From a candidate division TA06 bacterium (GTDB lineage: Bacteria > Ratteibacteria > UBA8468 > MWAK01): a DNA stretch of 41,948 bases. Where the stretch lies: contig JAKJFK010000001.1 in the NCBI GenBank assembly GCA_022704925.1, forward strand, positions 1-41,948, given 5' to 3'. The notes below the pieces were generated by a model, which saw only the letters and a list, made by a program, of their open reading frames with translations, ran no database searches and was not told the origin of the DNA. Within the stretch, counting starts at the first letter, position 1. Every line of letters begins with the position of its first letter. Both the position numbers and the translations under genes were made by a program. Shown piece after piece: positions 36,885 to 41,948 of the stretch.

Positions 36885-37922
36885 CTACAGGTACTTCTTG
36901 AAGAAGTCGAAGGCCCGGCGACCGCTGAAGGCGTGCGGTCCGGGATGGATGTCGGTCCAGAGATCGGCTGCGGCCTCGGCGGCCCGGTAGATCCGTTCCA
37001 CGCCCCGGTAGCCCTCGAGCTGGTCCTGGATAAAGAAGCAGGTGTCGTAGATGCCCATTTCCAGCAGCAGTGGCCGTGGGGCGATGAGTCCGGCGATATC
37101 GTCGGTGTCGAAGTATCGGTAGAGGTTGGGGACCATCTGGGAGCCGCACCAGTTGGCGCGCTCGATGGCAAAGCCCCGCCAGGAATTCACATAGCCGATG
37201 ATATCGGCGGCCCGGATGCGCGGTTCGACGGCCGTGGTGAAGGTGGTCATGGTGCCGCCCTGGGAGAGGCCCATCATCCCGATCCGGTCCGGATCGACCT
37301 CGGGCCGGGTCTGGAGATAGTCGACGCAGCACTTCATGTCCCAGATATTCAAGGTCAGCGTGTAGACACCCAGCATGGCTCCCTTGAGAAAATTGATATT
37401 GCAGGGATCGCGGCCGGGGAAGGGGTCGGCGCCGTCGCGCCGTTCGCCGAAGACGCGCAGGTCGGGCGCCAGGGTGATAAAGCCGGCCCGGGCCATCTGC
37501 TCGGCGTAATTATAATTGTGCGCGGCGATGTTCTGCTCGACGGCCGCCGAGCTCCGGAATCCGGCCACGGCATCCTTGCCGTGGAGGCCGTGGCCGTGGC
37601 TGCAGAGAATGGCCGCCTGCTTACGGTCGGCGGCCATCCGGCGCGGCTTGAGCAGTAGGCAGGGAACCGACATGAACGCCTCGGAATTGAGCACTACCCG
37701 TTCCCGGACCAGATCGCCCTCGGTTACCGAGTATTCCACCTCGGCTTGCAACGGCACCGGTTTCGGGAAATCGCCCAGCAGTTCCAGCAGTTTCGGCAGC
37801 GCCTTTTTCCGCCAGGTCCGCCAGTCGTTCCGGCTCCGGCCCCGGAAAGCCAGCAAAGGTTTCCAGTCTTCGAATTTCCGGTTCCAGTAAGACTGCATCG
37901 AGAAATTCCGTCGGGCGGACAT
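36885..37922 (-). CDS. alpha/beta hydrolase, acetyl-xylan-esterase/dienelactone-hydrolase-like
   Basis: CSHGHG, nucleophile elbow GMMGLSQGG, and a C-terminal His region, about 345 aa. Confidence 0.8.
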   Translation of the reverse strand: MSARRNFSMQSYWNRKFEDWKPLLAFRGRSRNDWRTWRKKALPKLLELLGDFPKPVPLQAEVEYSVTEGDLVRERVVLNSEAFMSVPCLLLKPRRMAADRKQAAILCSHGHGLHGKDAVAGFRSSAAVEQNIAAHNYNYAEQMARAGFITLAPDLRVFGERRDGADPFPGRDPCNINFLKGAMLGVYTLTLNIWDMKCCVDYLQTRPEVDPDRIGMMGLSQGGTMTTFTTAVEPRIRAADIIGYVNSWRGFAIERANWCGSQMVPNLYRYFDTDDIAGLIAPRPLLLEMGIYDTCFFIQDQLEGYRGVERIYRAAEAAADLWTDIHPGPHAFSGRRAFDFFKKYL

Positions 37923-37954
37923 GTTTCGATAGCCTCGGATTCGGGTTGCCCGTT

Positions 37955-39061
37955 TCAGGCGGGCCGGTAGTTGTTGACCAGGTCGGCGACGATCTTCACC
38001 CGGTCGAAATCGGCGTCGGATGGAACATTGTCGCTCATGCCGAGCGCGAAAAGGTTTCCATGCGGCACCCGGGGCAGCAGGTCTTTAATATAGGCGGCCA
38101 GGTCCCGGCGGTCGCCGCCCTGGGGGCACATCAGGACCGAGGGTACGCCGCCCTGGATGACCACCTCCGGCCCGACCGCCTCCAGCGCTTCGGGAATGGT
38201 CAGCCGGGCCATCGGGGCCACCGAGACCGCCTCGATCACATCCAGGCCGCTGCCGGGCACCAGTGGCAGCAGGTGTTCGGTTCGGCCGCACCAGTGGCCC
38301 TGGTAGATCTTGCCGGCCCGGTGCAGGATTTCGGCCACCCGGCGGAAGTAAGGGACGGCCAGGCGCTTGAAGAGGTTCGGCGGCGTGGTCCACTCGTCCA
38401 TATTGTCGCCCTGCTGAACGACCAGCGCCGGTCCGCTTGCCAGCAATTCGGCCCCGGCCAGATTAACCCGCGCGATCACCTCCATCAGTTCCTCGACCAG
38501 CTCCGGGTAATCGGCGTAGAGATAGATGCCGGCCTGGTAACCGGCTTCCTGCTTGGCAAAATGTATGTAAGGGAAGCAGAATGGAAGTCCGACCAGAGAG
38601 ATGCCGTCCTCGCCCACTTCCGCTTCGCTCTCGAGGAAAGAAGTGAAATCGGCCTTGAGGCTGGTATGCTCGAAGAGGTATTTGACCACCGGGATATCCT
38701 CGGCCCGCTTGATCCGGTGCTCCATCAGGTAACAGGTGCGTGCCGAGTCGTCGGCGTACTCGTGCAGGGTGCTGACGGTTCCGACCGGCGTCCGGTATTC
38801 GGTCCGGCGCCGCCGCCCGTCATCCCGCTCGGTCACCTCGACCGTCGGGTCCAGCACCGGCTCCAGGACGTTGGTGCGGACCCAGAGGGTGGCACCGACC
38901 GCCCGGACCAGGTCGTTCCGGCTCAGCCCGGCGTAGGCTTCCGGTATCCGGCCGTTGGCCCGGTTGACCCGGTACCAGTAGTCGAAATTAGGCACGAAGG
39001 GCAGGCGGTCGCCGTTGCCCCTGGTCAGAATACGGGTATAATTTTCCCGCCTGGTAAGCAT
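37955..39061 (-). CDS. URO-D family protein, paralog 5 (retains an H-x-C-G motif)
   Basis: MLTRRENY...GDRLPFVP N-terminus, QQGDNMDEW, YQGHWCGRTEHLLP, LFALGMSDNVP. Confidence 0.8.
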   Translation of the reverse strand: MLTRRENYTRILTRGNGDRLPFVPNFDYWYRVNRANGRIPEAYAGLSRNDLVRAVGATLWVRTNVLEPVLDPTVEVTERDDGRRRRTEYRTPVGTVSTLHEYADDSARTCYLMEHRIKRAEDIPVVKYLFEHTSLKADFTSFLESEAEVGEDGISLVGLPFCFPYIHFAKQEAGYQAGIYLYADYPELVEELMEVIARVNLAGAELLASGPALVVQQGDNMDEWTTPPNLFKRLAVPYFRRVAEILHRAGKIYQGHWCGRTEHLLPLVPGSGLDVIEAVSVAPMARLTIPEALEAVGPEVVIQGGVPSVLMCPQGGDRRDLAAYIKDLLPRVPHGNLFALGMSDNVPSDADFDRVKIVADLVNNYRPA

Positions 39062-39104
39062 GGGTTTTCTGCCTCGCGGTTTTTCAGGCCGGCCGCGGCC
39101 TTTT

Positions 39105-40232
39105 TCAGAGCCAGCCGGTCAGTTTCGCCAGTTCCCGGCTGTAATGGATGAAGTCGGCCCAGGAGATGTCGGGCGGTACGCCGTGGTCACACGAGGGAAC
39201 GTAGCCGCCGTCAACCAGCATGGGCGGTATCACGCGCTGGAGTTCGGCCTCGATCACCGCTCCGCCCTTGGCGATGGCCCGCTTGTCGATGCCGCCGTGG
39301 TAGGCCATGCTGCGGCCGAACTGCTTCCGGTAGGCGGGCAGGTCATTGCCGGCGGCCACTTCGATCGGCTGGCAGGAGTTAATGCCCGACTCGATCCAGA
39401 GCGGAATCAGTTCGCCGATGTAGCCGTCGGAGTCGACGTCGATGATCCGGCAGCCGCTCCGGCGGGCCGCCGCCGACCAGGTCTGCCAGCAGGGCATCAG
39501 GAAACGGCGGGCCATGGCGGGTGAGATCATGCTCTTGGCCTTATAGGCCATGTCCTCGGAGAAACCGAAATGATCCGGGGCGACGCGGGCAAAGATCCGG
39601 TCCAGGATCGTCATGATGAAATCGCGCCAGAAGAGGGCCATCTCCTCGACCAGTTCCGGGTCCTCGGCCATGAAGAGGCAGAGATTTTCAAAGCCGCACC
39701 AGTTGCGCAGCTGCCAGAAGGGGCCGTTGAACCAGATGCGCAAAACGTAATCCCGGTCGGCCAGCTGCCGGCAGCGGACCTCGAAGTCCTCGGGAAAACG
39801 GCCGGGCGTGTCGGGGTTGAAGCGTTTTTTCATGGCATCCCAGTCGGCCCGGTTTTCGACCGGATGGCGGTGGTACTTGCGGGTTACGAAGTCCTTGGCG
39901 CTGCGCAGGTAGGTAAAATCGTACCGGTCGGAGACCTCGACGATCTCGCCCCGGATGGTCTGCATCAGGTAATGGCCGTCGCGGTGCTCAAGAATCTTCT
40001 CTTCGAAGGCCGGCATCAGGTCGAAGTTGACCCCCAGGTTGACCTGCGGCTTGGTTGTCTCCGGTTGGATCCCCAGCGTTTCCATCAGGACTTCAGACCA
40101 GGGGCGGTCGGCCGGGAGGCCCTCCTGGTGCCAGCGCTTGAGCGTGGATTCGCGGGGGCCGCCCGGCAGCAGCGGTAACCGGTCCGGTTTGCCAAAGGTG
40201 AGCGCCTCGATCCATCTTTCTCTTGCGTTCAT
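39105..40232 (-). CDS. URO-D family protein, paralog 6
   Basis: MNARERW...PDRLPL, IDVDSDGYIGELIP, GGYVPSCDHGVPPDI. Same subtype as the paralogs at 9830 and 30452. Confidence 0.8.
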   Translation of the reverse strand: MNARERWIEALTFGKPDRLPLLPGGPRESTLKRWHQEGLPADRPWSEVLMETLGIQPETTKPQVNLGVNFDLMPAFEEKILEHRDGHYLMQTIRGEIVEVSDRYDFTYLRSAKDFVTRKYHRHPVENRADWDAMKKRFNPDTPGRFPEDFEVRCRQLADRDYVLRIWFNGPFWQLRNWCGFENLCLFMAEDPELVEEMALFWRDFIMTILDRIFARVAPDHFGFSEDMAYKAKSMISPAMARRFLMPCWQTWSAAARRSGCRIIDVDSDGYIGELIPLWIESGINSCQPIEVAAGNDLPAYRKQFGRSMAYHGGIDKRAIAKGGAVIEAELQRVIPPMLVDGGYVPSCDHGVPPDISWADFIHYSRELAKLTGWL

Positions 40233-40406
40233 TGTTTTCCCCCCGGTTTTTTCCGTTGATGGTTTAAATAGCGGCCCGGCCGGCTGATCCAGCCGTGATT
40301 ATTTATCCTCAATTTTAACATTTTAAGTTTTTTTTGCCTATTTATCACGGCGAACGGGGAAGGATTGGACGTTGGATCCGGGGCGAAGCTGGAGGCCGGC
40401 CGGGTT

Positions 40407-41510
40407 TCAGCGGGCCGGGGTTGGGCCGGGACAGTTAAGGTGGCGAAGCTGGATTCTTTCTTCGAGGCGGATGGGGTGACCGCCGGCATCCTCTCCCTCC
40501 CAGGTGAAAATGGCGACCCCGTTGCACAGCAGGTGGGGGCGCGAGGAGATCCAGTAGGTGTCCCGGGCGCTGCCGCCGGCCTCCACCCTGATTCTCGGTC
40601 TTGGAATCCGGGCGTCATTCTCTCCCATCCAGAGGCCGCCGCGGGGATCGAGGATGAATCCCTGTCCGCTGACCCGGTAACCGATCTGCCCGCCGCGTTC
40701 GTAGAGTTGGGTTGTCCACCTCCAGCGGGGTCCTGGGGCGTTGACGTCTCCGTCGTCGGCGTCGACCACGGCCGAAACGACGATCTCCGGGACCGCCTTC
40801 CGCCCGGCCAGCCAGGCCAGCCTTTCCCGGGCCGCGGCCGCGTGTTCTCCGGACGGGAATTGTTCCAGGTAGGCCCGGTAATCCGAGTGCCAGTCGGTCT
40901 CCCGCGCCTCCCGGAAGCGGAGCGGATCGAGCCGCTCCCTGGCCAGTCCGGCGGCCGGCCCGGCCGGGTATTCCGAAAGGTACCGTTCGCAGTTCTCGAT
41001 GGTCGCCTTGCTTCTGATCTGCCCGGCCAGGGCGGCTTCCCCGGCCGGTTCGGTGTTGGACACGGCCGCTTCCGCCGGCGGCGCCGGGGCGGCCGGTTTC
41101 TTCAACCTCGACCGGGCCGCGCCGGCGAACTTTCCGGCCGGGTAAGCCTTCAGGTAATCCCTGAGTGCGGCCGGCGTCTTTTCAGCCAGGCAGGCCCGCC
41201 AGAAGACATTCTCCGGGATTTTGATCAGTTCTCCCAGAACCCAGCCGGAGCCGCCGGCGTGCTCCACCCGGAACCATTCCTTCTTCTTCTCGAGGAGCCG
41301 GATTTTTTCGCCCTGGTTGACCTTGGCCAGGATATCCGAATGGAGATCGGGCATGGCCCGGACCCGGGCCGCCGAGACGCGTACCGTGGCTTCGCCGAGC
41401 GGCTCGGCCGCCGGGCAGCCGGTCAGCCGGAATAAAAGGATGCTTCCGGTCAGCACGGCTGCGGTGACCTTGAGAAATCTGGTTCGGAGGGAGCGGAAAC
41501 GGTCCGTCAT
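40407..41510 (-). CDS. lipoprotein with bacterial SH3 domain and three YL..YP.G...A..A+.RL repeats
   Basis: Signal peptide plus lipobox LTGC. SH3-like VRVSAARVRAMPDLHSDILAKVNQGEKIRLLEKKKEWFRVE. Three repeats: RDYLKAYPAGKFAGAARSRL, ERYLSEYPAGPAAGLARERL and RAYLEQFPSGEHAAAARERL. ATG 41510 was chosen; the upstream extension in the ORF track overlaps thiL. Confidence 0.7.
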   Translation of the reverse strand: MTDRFRSLRTRFLKVTAAVLTGSILLFRLTGCPAAEPLGEATVRVSAARVRAMPDLHSDILAKVNQGEKIRLLEKKKEWFRVEHAGGSGWVLGELIKIPENVFWRACLAEKTPAALRDYLKAYPAGKFAGAARSRLKKPAAPAPPAEAAVSNTEPAGEAALAGQIRSKATIENCERYLSEYPAGPAAGLARERLDPLRFREARETDWHSDYRAYLEQFPSGEHAAAARERLAWLAGRKAVPEIVVSAVVDADDGDVNAPGPRWRWTTQLYERGGQIGYRVSGQGFILDPRGGLWMGENDARIPRPRIRVEAGGSARDTYWISSRPHLLCNGVAIFTWEGEDAGGHPIRLEERIQLRHLNCPGPTPAR

Positions 41511-41948
41511 TTTCGGAAATGGTCGTAGCCGGGATGCCGGGGCCGGTAAGGGCGGCCGTTGGCGGTCACCCTTACGCCCCGGCCGGCCGGCAGCACCTCG
41601 CCCACCACGAAGCATCCGGATCGGCGGGCCGCCCCGGCTTGGGAGGCAGGGATCGTGAAGAGCAGTTCGAATTCCTCGCCGCTGACCAGGGCCTCTCCAG
41701 GTGCGGTCCCGGGCACGACGGGTATCTCCTCCAGCCGGATGATTCCGCCGACCCGGCTCTCTTCCGAAATCCGGGTGAAGTCGCCCAGCATTCCGTCGGA
41801 GATGTCGATCATGGCGGTGGCTTTCAGTTCCCGCCTGATCCGGCGCGCCTCACTGACCCTGGGCAGGAAGGAGAGGTGGCTTTTCGGGCCGCGGCCCAGC
41901 GGGCCCGAGACGCAGATCAGGTCGCCCGGCCGGGCGCCCGAGCGGCGG
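41507..41948 (-). CDS. thiL: thiamine-monophosphate kinase, N-terminus outside window
   Basis: The minus-strand frame is open to the window edge. It reads ...PGDLICVSGPLG...AMIDISDGMLGD...EFELLFT..., the AIR-synthase-related/ThiL C-terminal layout. ATGA overlap with the lipoprotein gene start. Confidence 0.8.
   Translation of the reverse strand, partial: RRSGARPGDLICVSGPLGRGPKSHLSFLPRVSEARRIRRELKATAMIDISDGMLGDFTRISEESRVGGIIRLEEIPVVPGTAPGEALVSGEEFELLFTIPASQAGAARRSGCFVVGEVLPAGRGVRVTANGRPYRPRHPGYDHFRK

Overview
GC-rich bacterial chromosomal window, about 42 kb, densely coded. No rRNA, tRNA or CRISPR array was recognised. Layout: (i) 1-12.3 kb, plus-strand housekeeping genes (phosphofructokinase fragment, transketolase, trpF, a sugar-phosphate isomerase/epimerase-fold gene, purM, argH), then a glycoside-hydrolase-like gene, two uroporphyrinogen-decarboxylase-fold (URO-D-like) genes and lysA. 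(ii) 12.3-15.6 kb, a visibly less GC-rich island. It has a decayed junction, a 5-prime-truncated IS3-family transposase remnant, and a tightly overlapping three-gene cassette: C5 cytosine methyltransferase, Vsr mismatch endonuclease and an HNH nuclease with a tandemly duplicated N-terminal domain. (iii) 15.7-19.3 kb, small Cys-rich proteins, a DUF362 protein, a compositionally atypical URO-D-like gene and a decayed aminotransferase remnant. (iv) 19.5-24.5 kb, a Cache/HAMP histidine kinase, a REC-only regulator and a REC/HD-GYP gene broken by a +1 frameshift in a T7 run, then a DUF1835-like gene and a membrane protein. (v) 24.6-40.2 kb, mostly minus-strand carbohydrate genes. One is a DeoR-led operon (class I aldolase, fucose/arabinose-isomerase-like, FGGY kinase, class III aminotransferase). 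Another is a FAD-linked oxidase plus URO-D-like pair. There are two Gfo/Idh/MocA oxidoreductases, and a five-gene operon (two URO-D-like, alpha/beta esterase, Gfo/Idh/MocA, tagaturonate-epimerase-like). (vi) an SH3 lipoprotein and a partial thiL. The two most unusual features are six URO-D-fold paralogs with no recognisable corrinoid or heme partner, and the M-V-HNH island. All calls come from reading the translated ORFs and the DNA by eye; no database search or computation was run. Many long antisense ORFs are GC-driven shadows and were rejected.
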